Positions 1 through 9,253 of a stretch of 33,046 nucleotides of DNA are shown here, one piece after another. The notes beneath the pieces were generated by a model that was not told where the DNA came from, did no database searches, and worked only from the letters and a program-made list of their open reading frames with translations. Within the stretch, counting starts at the first letter, position 1; each line of letters opens with the position of its first letter. Source of the stretch: Candidatus Limnocylindria bacterium (GTDB taxonomy: Bacteria; Chloroflexota; Limnocylindria; QHBO01); the NCBI GenBank assembly GCA_039917415.1, contig JBDSJJ010000087.1, positions 1-33,046 of the forward strand, in the 5' to 3' direction. The position numbers were made by a program, and so were the translations under genes.

Positions 1-299
1 GCGTCACCGGCATGAGCAAGGGCCACGGCTTCACCGGCGTGATCGCCCGACACAACTTCAAGCGCGGGCCGAAGTCGCACGGCTCCGATCATCATCGGGC
101 TCCCGGCTCGATCGGCGCGGGGACCTATCCCGGCCGCGTCTGGAAGGGGACCCGCATGCCCGGTCACATGGGCAACGAGCAGGTGACCGTCCAGAAGCTC
201 AAGGTCGTGAAGATCGATCCGGAACGCAACCTGATCCTGGTCAAGGGTGCGGTGCCCGGGGCGCGCAACGGCCTGCTGCTCGTGCAGAAGGCGAAGTAG
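1..299 (+). CDS. rplC: 50S ribosomal protein L3, C-terminal part (5' end lies outside the window)
   Basis: The frame is open to the window edge. The sequence is typical of the L3 C-terminus ([22 protein letters not shown]...[15 protein letters not shown]...VKGAVPG). It lies directly upstream of rplD. Confidence 0.93.
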   Translation, partial: VTGMSKGHGFTGVIARHNFKRGPKSHGSDHHRAPGSIGAGTYPGRVWKGTRMPGHMGNEQVTVQKLKVVKIDPERNLILVKGAVPGARNGLLLVQKAK

Positions 300-302
300 A
301 CG

Positions 303-926
303 ATGCCCCAGACGACGATCCTGAAGGCTGACGGCAAGGAGGGCGGCAAGGTTGATCTTGCCGAGACGCTCTTCGCCGCGCCGATCAGCGAAGCCCTCAT
401 CCACCAGGCCGCGATCCGTCAGCTCGCCGGCCGGCGTGTCGGCACTTCCGACACCCTGACCCGCGGCGAGGTCAACGGTGGGGGCAAGAAGCCGTGGCGC
501 CAGAAGGGGACCGGCCGCGCCCGACAGGGCACCAAGACGGCACCCCACTGGGTCGGCGGCGGCGTGGTCTTCGGGCCGCACCCGCGCAGCTACGCGCAGA
601 AGATGCCGTCGAAGATGCGCCGCAGCGCGCTGCGTGGCGTGCTCTCGGCCAAGCAGGCCGACGGTGCGGTGCGCGTCGTCGAGGGTTTCGACCTCGATGA
701 GACCAAGACGAAAGCGATGCTCGGACGGCTCAGCGCCTGGAAGGCGGAGGGCAAGGTCCTCGTCATCCTGGCGGCGCGCGATCCGCGCGTCGAGCTCGCC
801 GCCCGGAACCTGCGCGAGGTGCGCGTGATCCTGGCCGACAGCCTCAACGTCGTCGACCTGCTCGACGCCGACACGCTCGTCTTCACCCGGGACGCGCTGA
901 CCCGGGCCCAGGAGGTGTACGCATGA
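303..926 (+). CDS. rplD: 50S ribosomal protein L4
   Basis: 207 aa with the L4 signature [15 protein letters not shown]. It starts 3 nt after the rplC stop and follows S10-operon order. Confidence 0.97.
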   Translation: MPQTTILKADGKEGGKVDLAETLFAAPISEALIHQAAIRQLAGRRVGTSDTLTRGEVNGGGKKPWRQKGTGRARQGTKTAPHWVGGGVVFGPHPRSYAQKMPSKMRRSALRGVLSAKQADGAVRVVEGFDLDETKTKAMLGRLSAWKAEGKVLVILAARDPRVELAARNLREVRVILADSLNVVDLLDADTLVFTRDALTRAQEVYA

Positions 927-1219
927 CCGCAATGAGCCTGCACGACGTGCTCCTGCGCCCCGTGATCAGCGAGAAAAGCACGCTCGAGACGGAGCGCAAC
1001 AACTACACGTTCGCGGTCGCCCGCGACGCCAACAAGTTCCTCATCAAGGCAGCCGTCGAGTCCGAGTTCAAGGTGACCGTCCTCGGCGTGCGAGTCGTCA
1101 GCGTCCGGCCCAAGCAGAAGCGGCGCGGCCGCAAGACGATGGGCGTGGTTCCGGGCTGGAAGAAGGCCATCGTGACGATTGCGCCTGGTGACAAGATCGA
1201 ACTCTTCGAGGCCGTCTGA
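923..1219 (+). CDS. rplW: 50S ribosomal protein L23
   Basis: 98 aa with the L23-like N-terminus [10 protein letters not shown]. Its start forms an ATGA overlap with the rplD stop. Confidence 0.96.
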   Translation: MTAMSLHDVLLRPVISEKSTLETERNNYTFAVARDANKFLIKAAVESEFKVTVLGVRVVSVRPKQKRRGRKTMGVVPGWKKAIVTIAPGDKIELFEAV

Positions 1220-1221
1220 CG

Positions 1222-2055
1222 ATGCCACTTCGCAACTACCGACCGACATCGCCGGGCATCCGCCAGATGACTCGCTCGACGTTCGAGGAGATCACTGCCG
1301 ACAGCCCGCACAAGCCGCTTACCGAGAAGCTCGTACGCCGCGCCGGCCGCAACAGCCAGGGCAAGCTGACCGTTCGGCACCAGGGCAGTGGCCACAAGCG
1401 GCAGTACCGGATCATCGACTGGAAGCGCGATAAGTTCGAGGTGCCGGCGAAGATCGCCACGATCGAGTACGACCCGAACCGATCGGCGCGCATCGGGCTC
1501 CTGCACTACGCCGACGGCGAGAAGCGCTACATGCTTCTGCCGCATGGGCTGAACGTGGGCGACACCGTTGCCGCCGGCCCCGATGTCGAGGCGCGAACCG
1601 GCAATGCGCTTCCGCTCAACAGGATCCCCTTGGGCACCCAGATCCACAACATCGAGCTGATCGCCGGTCGCGGCGGCCAGATCGTGCGGAGCGCCGGCAG
1701 CAGCGCGCAGCTGCTCGCCAAGGAGTGCAACTTCGCCACCATCCGGCTGCCGTCGAACGAGGTGCGCCGAGTGCGCATCGAGTGCATGGCGACCGTCGGC
1801 CAGGTGAGCAATCTCGACCACGAGAACCAGAAGATCGGAAAAGCTGGCCGCTCGCGGCACATGGGTCGTCGGCCGCAGGTGCGCGGCTCGGCCATGAACC
1901 CGCGCGACCATCCGCATGGCGGCGGTGAGGGCAAGCAGCCCACGGGAATGCCGCCGAAGACCAAGTGGGGTAAGCCGGCCATGGGCCTGCGAACCCGTGT
2001 CAAGAAGAACAAGAGCAACAAGCTGATCGTCCGCCGTCGATACGGACGGGGTTAG
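1222..2055 (+). CDS. rplB: 50S ribosomal protein L2
   Basis: 277 aa with L2 hallmarks ([33 protein letters not shown]). Confidence 0.98.
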   Translation: MPLRNYRPTSPGIRQMTRSTFEEITADSPHKPLTEKLVRRAGRNSQGKLTVRHQGSGHKRQYRIIDWKRDKFEVPAKIATIEYDPNRSARIGLLHYADGEKRYMLLPHGLNVGDTVAAGPDVEARTGNALPLNRIPLGTQIHNIELIAGRGGQIVRSAGSSAQLLAKECNFATIRLPSNEVRRVRIECMATVGQVSNLDHENQKIGKAGRSRHMGRRPQVRGSAMNPRDHPHGGGEGKQPTGMPPKTKWGKPAMGLRTRVKKNKSNKLIVRRRYGRG

Positions 2056-2066
2056 GAGCGTAAAAG

Positions 2067-2351
2067 ATGAGTCGTTCCGTCAAGAAGGGACCTTTCGTCG
2101 ACGCGCGCCTGCTCGGCCGCATCGACGACATGAACAAGCGCAGCGAGCGCAAGGTGCTGAAGACCTGGTCGCGGGCCAGCGTCATCTTCCCGCAGATGAT
2201 CGGCCACACGATCGCCGTGCATGACGGCCGTCGTCACGTGCCGGTCTTCATGACCGAGAACATGGTCGGACATCGCCTCGGCGAGTTCGCCCCCACACGA
2301 ACCTATCGCGGCCACGGCAAGGCCACCGACCGCTCGACGTCGCTGAAGTAG
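2067..2351 (+). CDS. rpsS: 30S ribosomal protein S19
   Basis: 94 aa with [12 protein letters not shown] and [18 protein letters not shown]. Confidence 0.98.
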   Translation: MSRSVKKGPFVDARLLGRIDDMNKRSERKVLKTWSRASVIFPQMIGHTIAVHDGRRHVPVFMTENMVGHRLGEFAPTRTYRGHGKATDRSTSLK

Positions 2352-2359
2352 GTGGATCG

Positions 2360-2701
2360 ATGCGAGTGAGTGCGACCGCGAAGTACATCCGGATCAGTCC
2401 GCGCAAGGTGCGGCTGGTCACCGACCTCATCGCGGGAAAGCCCGTCGAGGAGGCCGCGGCCATCCTGCGCTTCATGCCGAACGCGGCGGCGAAGGACGTG
2501 GCGAAGGTGCTGAAGAGCGCCACTGCCAATGCGGAGAATAACTACAACCTGTCGGCCGACGAGCTGCGCGTGGTGAGCGCAGTCGCCGATGAGGGACCGA
2601 CCCTCAAGCGCTGGCGCCCGCGGGCCCAGGGCCGAACATTCGGAATTTTGAAGCGAACCAGTCACATCACCGTCGCCGTGGCTGACCGAGAGGAGTCGTA
2701 G
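2360..2701 (+). CDS. rplV: 50S ribosomal protein L22
   Basis: 113 aa, L22-like ([16 protein letters not shown]...[14 protein letters not shown]). Operon position fits. Confidence 0.97.
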   Translation: MRVSATAKYIRISPRKVRLVTDLIAGKPVEEAAAILRFMPNAAAKDVAKVLKSATANAENNYNLSADELRVVSAVADEGPTLKRWRPRAQGRTFGILKRTSHITVAVADREES

Positions 2702-3877
2702 ATGGGTCACAAGGTTCACCCCTACGGCTTCCGGATCGGCATCATCAAGCCCTGGCTGGCGAAGTGGTACGCGGACCGCGACTACGCGACCCTGCTCCAG
2801 GAAGACATGCGGATCCGGGAGCTGGTTGCGAAGCAGCTGTCGAACGCGAGCGTCAGCCAGGTCGAGATCGAGCGCGGCATCAACCATGTCACCGTGACGG
2901 TGCACACGGCAAAGCCGGGAATCGTCATCGGCAAGGGCGGCGCGAACGTCGAGGCCCTGCGCACGAACGTCGGCAAGCTGACGAAGAAGAAGGTCAAGCT
3001 CGAAATCAAGGAGATCCTCCAGCCCGAGCTTGACGGCATGCTGCTGGCCCAGAACGTGGCCGGCCAGCTCGAGCGGCGCATCGCCTTCCGCAAGGCTATC
3101 AAGCAGTCAATCCAGCGCACGATCAAGGCCGGCGCCAAGGGCGTGAAGATCCAGGTCTCCGGCCGCCTCGGTGGCTCCGAGATGTCTCGCACCGAGTGGG
3201 ACAAGGAAGGCAGGATTCCGCTGGGCACGCTTCGCGCCGACATCAGCTACGGCGTCGTCCATGCGCACACCACCTACGGACGTATCGGTGTCAAGGCCTG
3301 GGTCTACCGCGGCGAGCAGCTCGGCGAGCGTCCTGGCAGTGCCCGGACCGAGCCGCGCGCTCCGCGGCGGGGTGCCCCCGGCACCCGCCCACGCCCGGCT
3401 GTCAAGACCAATGGCGGCTCGGGATCGGCCGCGCCGGCATCGGTTCCCGATGTCCAGGATCAGCCGGTGTCGAACGTCGCACCCGAGCAGCGAGCCGCGC
3501 CCGTCGCTCGGCCCGAAGTGACTCCCGCCGCGACAGCGGCTGAAACATCCGCGCCCGTGGCTGATGCACCGGCCGTGAGTGCGAAGGCACCCGTAATGGC
3601 CGCGGCCGAACAGGATGCACCCGCCAGGGCCGAGACCAGGGCCGAGACCAAGGCCGAGGGTGACGCCCCGGCCGCCGCGCCGGCGAAGGCGTCCAAGGCC
3701 AAGACTCCGACGGCCAAGGCAAAGAGCACGTCGACGACCAAGGCGAAGGCCGACGCCAAGCCGAAGGCTCCGCGCGCCACGAAGGCCCAGGCGGCCGCGG
3801 CCAAGGAGCCGGCGGCCGATGGTCCGGACGCCACCGAGGCCGGCACGGGCGCCGAGCCGCCGGCCGAGGATTCCTGA
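2702..3877 (+). CDS. rpsC: 30S ribosomal protein S3 with a long Ala/Pro/Lys-rich C-terminal extension
   Basis: 391 aa. The first ~205 aa are canonical S3 ([13 protein letters not shown], the KH-type [20 protein letters not shown]). About 180 further low-complexity residues follow in the same frame with G/C-rich third positions. rplP starts 2 nt after the stop. Confidence 0.95.
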   Translation: MGHKVHPYGFRIGIIKPWLAKWYADRDYATLLQEDMRIRELVAKQLSNASVSQVEIERGINHVTVTVHTAKPGIVIGKGGANVEALRTNVGKLTKKKVKLEIKEILQPELDGMLLAQNVAGQLERRIAFRKAIKQSIQRTIKAGAKGVKIQVSGRLGGSEMSRTEWDKEGRIPLGTLRADISYGVVHAHTTYGRIGVKAWVYRGEQLGERPGSARTEPRAPRRGAPGTRPRPAVKTNGGSGSAAPASVPDVQDQPVSNVAPEQRAAPVARPEVTPAATAAETSAPVADAPAVSAKAPVMAAAEQDAPARAETRAETKAEGDAPAAAPAKASKAKTPTAKAKSTSTTKAKADAKPKAPRATKAQAAAAKEPAADGPDATEAGTGAEPPAEDS

Positions 3878-3879
3878 CC

Positions 3880-4308
3880 ATGTTGATGCCGAAGCGCGTC
3901 AAGCACCGCAAGGTGCAGCGAGGGCGTCGTGCCGGACTGGCCAAGGGCGGAACCCTGGTCAGTTTCGGCGAGTACGGCCTGATGGCCGAAGAGGTCTGCT
4001 GGCTCACCAGCCGGCAGATCGAGGCTGCTCGCCGCGCCATGACCCACCACATCAAGCGTGGTGGCCGCGTCTGGATCCGGGTCTTCCCGGACAAGCCGGT
4101 CACCAAGAAGCCGGCGGAAGTCCGGATGGGATCCGGCAAGGGCGCTCCCGACCATTGGGTCGCCGTCGTCAAGCCGGGCAGAGTGATGTTCGAGATGTCG
4201 GGCGTCCCGGAGCCGATCGCACGCGAGGCGATGCGTCTCGCCAGCCACAAGCTGCCGATCAGCACAAAGTTCGTTCTCAAGGAGAACCAGGACCATGGAC
4301 ATCAGTGA
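3880..4308 (+). CDS. rplP: 50S ribosomal protein L16
   Basis: 142 aa with [16 protein letters not shown] and the remaining L16 core. Confidence 0.98.
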   Translation: MLMPKRVKHRKVQRGRRAGLAKGGTLVSFGEYGLMAEEVCWLTSRQIEAARRAMTHHIKRGGRVWIRVFPDKPVTKKPAEVRMGSGKGAPDHWVAVVKPGRVMFEMSGVPEPIAREAMRLASHKLPISTKFVLKENQDHGHQ

Positions 4309-4519
4309 GGTGCGGGCCCTCTCCGAGAAGGACCTCGAGGGCGCGCTGCGTGACGCAAAGCAGGAGCTATGGAAGATCCGCTTCGACCTCGCCACGCGAC
4401 AGGAAAGCAACTACAGCAGGCTGCCGGCGACCCGCAAGCGGATCGCCCGCATCCTGACCGTGATGACTGAGCGTCAGCATGCCGCCGAAGCGGCTGCCGA
4501 TGCAGAGAAGGCCAGCTGA
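4295..4519 (+). CDS. rpmC: 50S ribosomal protein L29
   Basis: 74 aa, L29-like ([22 protein letters not shown]). It overlaps the rplP 3' end by 14 nt. Confidence 0.94.
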   Translation: MDISEVRALSEKDLEGALRDAKQELWKIRFDLATRQESNYSRLPATRKRIARILTVMTERQHAAEAAADAEKAS

Positions 4520-4803
4520 TGCAGGGCAAGCGAAAGAACAAGATCGGGCGCGTGGTGTCCGACAAGATGGACAAGACCGTGGTCGTGAGCGTCGAACGCC
4601 TGCGACGACACCCGATCTACAAGCGGGTGGTACGGCTCAGCAGCAAGTTCAAGGCGCATGACGCGGACAACGCCGCGCGCGTCGGCGACACGGTGCGCAT
4701 TGAGGAGAGCCGTCCGCTCTCGGCCGAGAAGCGCTGGAAGGTCGTCGAGATCGTGGCGCGTGGCTCGCACGAAGAGCTGATCGACGGGACGGAGCAGGCA
4801 TGA
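4519..4803 (+). CDS. rpsQ: 30S ribosomal protein S17
   Basis: 94 aa with [27 protein letters not shown]. The start overlaps the rpmC stop (TGATG). Confidence 0.97.
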   Translation: MQGKRKNKIGRVVSDKMDKTVVVSVERLRRHPIYKRVVRLSSKFKAHDADNAARVGDTVRIEESRPLSAEKRWKVVEIVARGSHEELIDGTEQA

Positions 4804-5168
4804 TCCAGAAGTACAGCAGGCTGCGCGTGGCCGACAACTCCGGCGCGCGAACGCTGATGTGCATCTCCGTCATCGGGCGCTCGACGAGCGATACCGCCGA
4901 GGTCGGCGACGTCATCGTGGCCAGCGTGAAGCAGGCGCTGCCGAACGCGGCCGTGAAGAAGGGCGAGGTCGTGCGCGCCGTCGTGGTGCGTACCACGAAG
5001 GAGTACGGCCGCCCGGACGGCAGCCACATCCGCTTCGACGAGAACGCGGCAGTGCTCATCACCCCGCAGGGTAGCCCGCGAGGCACGCGCATCTTCGGGC
5101 CGGTGGCACGCGAGCTGCGCGAGCGCAACTACATGAAGATTGTCTCGCTCGCCCCGGAGGTGCTGTAG
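4800..5168 (+). CDS. rplN: 50S ribosomal protein L14
   Basis: 122 aa with [17 protein letters not shown]. The start forms an ATGA overlap with the rpsQ stop. Confidence 0.98.
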   Translation: MIQKYSRLRVADNSGARTLMCISVIGRSTSDTAEVGDVIVASVKQALPNAAVKKGEVVRAVVVRTTKEYGRPDGSHIRFDENAAVLITPQGSPRGTRIFGPVARELRERNYMKIVSLAPEVL

Positions 5169-5504
5169 ATGAACGTGCGAAGGGGTGACACCGTCCTCGT
5201 GCTGGCGGGCAAGGACCGCGGCAAGCGCGGCACGGTTGATCGCGTCCAGAAGACCAAGCGGGGATTCGGCGTCGTGATCCCGGGCATCAACATGGCGAAG
5301 CGCCATCAGCGTGCTCGATCGCGGACGCAGACCGCCGGGATCATCGACCTGCCGGTGCCGATCCACGTCAGCAACGTCCAGGTGATCTGTCCACGCTGCG
5401 ACCGTCCGACACGCGTCGGTCACGGGTTGAGCGAGGGCGATCATGCTCGACGGACGCGCGTCTGCAAGCGCTGCGGCGAGCAGATCGAGGTGACCAGCAA
5501 GTGA
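5169..5504 (+). CDS. rplX: 50S ribosomal protein L24 (Cys4 zinc-ribbon type)
   Basis: 111 aa with the KOW motif [18 protein letters not shown]. The C-terminal part carries CPRC...CKRC. Confidence 0.96.
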   Translation: MNVRRGDTVLVLAGKDRGKRGTVDRVQKTKRGFGVVIPGINMAKRHQRARSRTQTAGIIDLPVPIHVSNVQVICPRCDRPTRVGHGLSEGDHARRTRVCKRCGEQIEVTSK

Positions 5505-6130
5505 GTCCCGAAGCAACAAAGAAGGCCGCGGGCAGCCGAGGCACGAAGGCGAAGGCCACCGTCAACGGGTCCTATCGGACCCCGACCTACGCCGGCCTGC
5601 GTCAGCGCTATCACGACGAGGTCGTGCCGGCGATGCAGCGTGAGTTCAGCTATGCGAACCCGATGCAGATCCCGCACGTCGAGAAGATCGTGGTCAACAT
5701 CGGGCTGGGCGAGGCGATTGCCAATGCCAAGGCGCTCGATGCCGCGGTCGGCGACCTGACGACCATCACCGGCCAGAAGCCGATCGTGACGCGTGCCAAG
5801 CGGTCGATCGCGCAGTTCCGACTGCGGACCGGCATGCCGATCGGCGCCAAGGTGACGCTGCGTGGGCAGCGGATGTACGACTTCCTCGAGCGCACGATGT
5901 CGCTCGCGCTTCCGCGCATCCGTGATTTCCGCGGCATTCCGACGCGCTCGTTCGACGGTCGCGGCAATTTCAGCCTTGGCCTCCGCGAGCAGCTCGTCTA
6001 CCCCGAAATCGATTACGACAAGATCGACCGGCTGCGCGGGCTCGAGATCAGCATCGTGACGACGGCGAAGACCGATGAGGAGGGGCGCAAGCTCCTCGAG
6101 CTCCTCGGCATGCCGTTCCAGGCGAACTAG
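5501..6130 (+). CDS. rplE: 50S ribosomal protein L5 (with a basic N-terminal extension; start uncertain)
   Basis: 209 aa. The L5 core begins near residue 30 ([17 protein letters not shown]...[13 protein letters not shown]). A GTG start overlaps the rplX stop (GTGA). There is no in-frame ATG between that start and the core. Confidence 0.93.
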   Translation: MSPEATKKAAGSRGTKAKATVNGSYRTPTYAGLRQRYHDEVVPAMQREFSYANPMQIPHVEKIVVNIGLGEAIANAKALDAAVGDLTTITGQKPIVTRAKRSIAQFRLRTGMPIGAKVTLRGQRMYDFLERTMSLALPRIRDFRGIPTRSFDGRGNFSLGLREQLVYPEIDYDKIDRLRGLEISIVTTAKTDEEGRKLLELLGMPFQAN

Positions 6131-6141
6131 AGGAGCATCCC

Positions 6142-6327
6142 GTGGCCAAGAAGTCGAGCATCGCCCGGTCGAAGCGCCCCGCGCGCTTCCCCGTGCGCGA
6201 ACACAACCGATGCCAGGTCTGCGGCCGGCCGCGCGGCTACATGCGCCGATTCGCCATGTGCCGCATCTGCTTCCGCGAGCGGGCTCTGCTGGGCCAGCTT
6301 CCGGGCGTGACCAAGTCGAGCTGGTAG
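6142..6327 (+). CDS. rpsN: 30S ribosomal protein S14, short zinc-binding type Z
   Basis: 61 aa with CQVC...CRIC and a C-terminal KSSW. Confidence 0.96.
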   Translation: MAKKSSIARSKRPARFPVREHNRCQVCGRPRGYMRRFAMCRICFRERALLGQLPGVTKSSW

Positions 6328-6436
6328 CAGCTCACCATTCATCCGACGGGCGCCACTCGGCGTCCGCCATCAGCGGAAGGCGCCACCCACCGAGCGGCAG
6401 GGAGCGAACCACCGCCGAGGAGAAGAACCTGAACCC

Positions 6437-6835
6437 ATGAACGTGACCGACCCGATCGCCGACATGCTGACGCGCATTCGCAACGCCAGCGCCGCCCGGC
6501 ACAAGGACCTCAGCCTGCCCTCGTCGCGGGTGAAGCGCGAGATCGCGCGGATCTTGACCGAGGAAGGCTTCATCGAGACGTACGAGACGCGGACCGAGGG
6601 CATTCAGGAGATGCTCAGCCTGAAGCTCAAGTACGTCGAGGGCCGAACGCCGGTCGTCACCGGCCTCAAGCGCATCAGCAAGCCCGGCCTGCGCGTCTAC
6701 GCGCGAAAGACCGAGATCCCGCGGGTTCTCGGTGGGCTCGGCCTCGCCATCCTCTCAACCTCCCACGGGATCATGACGGGCAACGATGCCCGGAAGCAGA
6801 ATCTCGGTGGCGAGGTCCTGGCCTACGTCTGGTAA
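6437..6835 (+). CDS. rpsH: 30S ribosomal protein S8
   Basis: 132 aa with [17 protein letters not shown]. Confidence 0.98.
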   Translation: MNVTDPIADMLTRIRNASAARHKDLSLPSSRVKREIARILTEEGFIETYETRTEGIQEMLSLKLKYVEGRTPVVTGLKRISKPGLRVYARKTEIPRVLGGLGLAILSTSHGIMTGNDARKQNLGGEVLAYVW

Positions 6836-6850
6836 AGGAGCGAACGAAGC

Positions 6851-7396
6851 ATGTCCCGCATTGGACGAATGCCGATCCCGCTCCCTGCCGGAGTGGAAGT
6901 CACGCAGGAAGGACAGCGCCTCCGCGTCAAGGGCCCCCTCGGTCAGCTCGAGCGCGAGCTGCACCGCGAGATGATCCTCGAGCGCGAGGATGGAACGCTG
7001 CGCATCGTGCGACCGACTGACGAGCCGCGCCATCGCGCGCTGCACGGCCTGACCCGTACCCTCGTGAACAACATGGTGACCGGCGTGACGACCGGCTTCA
7101 CGAAGAACCTGGAAATCAGTGGCGTCGGCTACCGCGCCCAGCTCCAGGGACAGAAGCTGGTCCTGGCGCTCGGCTACTCCCATCCCGTGGAGGTCGACCC
7201 GCCCACCGGTATCGAGTTCCGCGTCGAGACCCCGACGAAGCTCGGTGTCTTCGGCGCCGACAAGGAGCTCGTCGGCCAGACCGCGGCCTACATCCGATCG
7301 AAGCGGAAGCCGGAGCCGTACAAGGGCAAGGGTATCCGTTACGCCGGCGAGCAGATCCTGCGCAAGGCCGGCAAGACCGGCAAGGTCGGAGGCTAG
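6851..7396 (+). CDS. rplF: 50S ribosomal protein L6
   Basis: 181 aa with [17 protein letters not shown] and [13 protein letters not shown]. Confidence 0.98.
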   Translation: MSRIGRMPIPLPAGVEVTQEGQRLRVKGPLGQLERELHREMILEREDGTLRIVRPTDEPRHRALHGLTRTLVNNMVTGVTTGFTKNLEISGVGYRAQLQGQKLVLALGYSHPVEVDPPTGIEFRVETPTKLGVFGADKELVGQTAAYIRSKRKPEPYKGKGIRYAGEQILRKAGKTGKVGG

Positions 7397-7403
7397 GAAG
7401 ACG

Positions 7404-7760
7404 ATGACGACGAACACCACGCGCGGTGCACTGCGCCGCAAGCGTCACAGCCGCATCCGACTGCGGATCTCCGGCAGCACGGAGCGACCGCGGCTATCGG
7501 TCTTCCGCAGCGCGAAATTCATCTATGCCCAGGTGATCGACGACAGCACCGGGCGCACCCTGGCCGCTGCCTCGAGCCGCGAGGCCGATCTTGGCGCTTC
7601 GACACCAGTCGACACGGCACGAGCGGTCGGCAAGGCCGTCGCCGAGCGGGCGAAGGCAGCCGGGGTCAGCGCCGTCGTGCTGGACCGCGGCGGTTACCAG
7701 TACCACGGGCGGGTCCGCTCGCTCGCCGAGGGCGCCCGCGAGGGCGGCCTCAACCTGTAA
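7404..7760 (+). CDS. rplR: 50S ribosomal protein L18
   Basis: The ORF-track model starting at 7119 is a 5' extension running through rplF. ATG 7404 lies 7 nt after the rplF stop. The product is 118 aa and L18-like ([20 protein letters not shown]...GYQYHGRV). Confidence 0.95.
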   Translation: MTTNTTRGALRRKRHSRIRLRISGSTERPRLSVFRSAKFIYAQVIDDSTGRTLAAASSREADLGASTPVDTARAVGKAVAERAKAAGVSAVVLDRGGYQYHGRVRSLAEGAREGGLNL

Positions 7761-7774
7761 GCGAGGAGATCCAT

Positions 7775-8362
7775 ATGGCACGCATCGATGCGTCCAAGCT
7801 CAACCTGGAAGAGAAGGTCGTCCAGATCAACCGCGTGGCCAAGGTCGTCCAGGGCGGGCGTCGCTTCAGCTTCAGCGCGGTCGTGGTCGTCGGCGACGGG
7901 AACGGCACGGTCGGGGCGGGCCTGGGCAAGGCCGGCGAGGTGCCCGAGGCGATCCGCAAGGGCGTCGAGGATGCCAAGAAGCGGCTGATCAAGGTCCCTC
8001 TGGTGGGGTCGACCATTCCGCACGAGGTCCATCGTCATTTCGGCGCCGCGAAGGTGATGCTCAAGCCGGCAAGTCCCGGCACCGGCGTCATCGCGGGCGG
8101 ATCCGTGCGATCGGTGGTCGAGGCGGCCGGCATCCGGGACATCCTGAGCAAGGTCCAGGGTTCGACCAACCCGATCAACGTGGTGCGTGCGGCCATCGAG
8201 TGCCTCACCGTCCTGCGATCGGCAGACGAGATCGCCGCGCTGCGCGGTCGAACGGCCGAGCAGCTGCTCGGCAAGCGAGGAGCCGAGCGGGCGCGCACGC
8301 CGCACGAGATCCCGCCACGGCGTGAGCCGATGAACAGTGGGGGAGGCGGACGTGGCCGCTGA
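7775..8362 (+). CDS. rpsE: 30S ribosomal protein S5
   Basis: 195 aa with [27 protein letters not shown]. It has a ~30-aa Arg/Gly-rich C-terminal tail. Confidence 0.97.
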   Translation: MARIDASKLNLEEKVVQINRVAKVVQGGRRFSFSAVVVVGDGNGTVGAGLGKAGEVPEAIRKGVEDAKKRLIKVPLVGSTIPHEVHRHFGAAKVMLKPASPGTGVIAGGSVRSVVEAAGIRDILSKVQGSTNPINVVRAAIECLTVLRSADEIAALRGRTAEQLLGKRGAERARTPHEIPPRREPMNSGGGGRGR

Positions 8363-8588
8363 GCGAACGAAGTCGGCCACCGGGCCGATGCTCACCGTGA
8401 CCTGGACGAAGTCGACGATCGGCCACAAGCAGGCCGCGCGCGGCACGATCCGGGCCTTGGGACTGCATCGGCTGCACCAGTCGGTCCAGGTCGCTGATAC
8501 ACCGGTCATCCGGGGCATGCTGCGTCGCGTGGCGTTCCTGATCGAGGTCACCGAGCCGGCCGGCACCACGCAGGAGGACACGAAGTGA
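8352..8588 (+). CDS. rpmD: 50S ribosomal protein L30 (start ambiguous: GTG 8337, GTG 8352 or ATG 8388)
   Basis: L30 core [35 protein letters not shown] at 8341-8346 lies 5 nt before GTG 8352, which favours that start. ATG 8388 would give the minimal L30. Confidence 0.9.
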   Translation: MAAERTKSATGPMLTVTWTKSTIGHKQAARGTIRALGLHRLHQSVQVADTPVIRGMLRRVAFLIEVTEPAGTTQEDTK

Positions 8589-9253
8589 AGCTCCACGATC
8601 TGCACCCGGCGCCGGGTTCGCGGACGCCGTCCCGACGGGTCGGCCGCGGCCACGGGTCCGGACGCGGCAAGACCGCGGGGCGCGGCACGAAGGGCCAGAA
8701 GTCGCGCGCCGGCGGCAACATTCCCGCCTGGTTCGAGGGTGGCCAGACGCCACTCCACGTGCGGACCCCGAAGCTCCATGGCTTCCGCAACCGCGGACGG
8801 GTGGCGTACGCGCCGCTCAACCTCGCGAAGATCGCTGACGCCGAGAAGGGCACGCTGATCACTCCCGACGTGCTCGAGCACGACGGGCTGATTCGCGATA
8901 CGAAGCTGCCCGTCAAGGTGCTCGGAGTCGGTGACGCCCCGAAGGGCGTCACGATCCATGCCCACGCGTTCAGCAAGAGCGCGCTCGACAAGCTGGCCGC
9001 AGCCGGCAGCAGCGTCCAGCGCCTGAACTGGCCGGACAACACGCCGGTCGACGAAGAGGCCGATGCGAAGGTTGCCGCCGACATCGAGGCCAAGGCCGCG
9101 GTGCGGCTTGCGAAGCGCAAGGGCAAGGCCAAGGGCAAGGGCAGTGGCGGCACGCCGCCCGCCACCGAGTCGACGAGCGCCGAGCCGGCCGACGAGCCGG
9201 CGCCGTCCGTCGCTGACGACGAGGGTGCGAGCGAAAGCGAGCCCCAGGCTTGA
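8585..9253 (+). CDS. rplO: 50S ribosomal protein L15 with an extended charged C-terminal tail
   Basis: 222 aa. The L15 core spans residues 1 to ~147 (GRGHGSGRGKTAGRGTKGQKSRAGG). It starts at GTG and forms a GTGA overlap with rpmD. A further ~75 aa follows the core. Confidence 0.96.
   Translation: MKLHDLHPAPGSRTPSRRVGRGHGSGRGKTAGRGTKGQKSRAGGNIPAWFEGGQTPLHVRTPKLHGFRNRGRVAYAPLNLAKIADAEKGTLITPDVLEHDGLIRDTKLPVKVLGVGDAPKGVTIHAHAFSKSALDKLAAAGSSVQRLNWPDNTPVDEEADAKVAADIEAKAAVRLAKRKGKAKGKGSGGTPPATESTSAEPADEPAPSVADDEGASESEPQA

Noticed and set aside
3615-4457. A 280-aa Arg/Pro-rich ORF on the + strand in an alternate frame across the rpsC tail and rplP. Similar alternate-frame ORFs occur elsewhere (478-828, 7591-8325, 19937-20575, 21441-22301, 27161-27805, 27881-28381 and 29088-29798, among others).
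   Set aside because: These are out-of-frame overlaps with genes of certain identity. Their extreme Arg/Pro/Ala composition is typical of off-frame translation of GC-rich coding DNA.
7119-7403. 5'-extended versions of real genes as listed in the ORF track: rplR from 7119, adk from 9738, map from 11188, rpsK from 12739 and acpS from 22298. The same applies to the macro gene from 24643, the membrane gene from 27121, the ASKHA gene from 28526, the last cluster gene from 29923 and tsaE from 31241.
   Set aside because: The extensions run through the preceding conserved gene in another frame. In each case a start codon abutting or overlapping the upstream stop gives a protein whose N-terminus matches the family.
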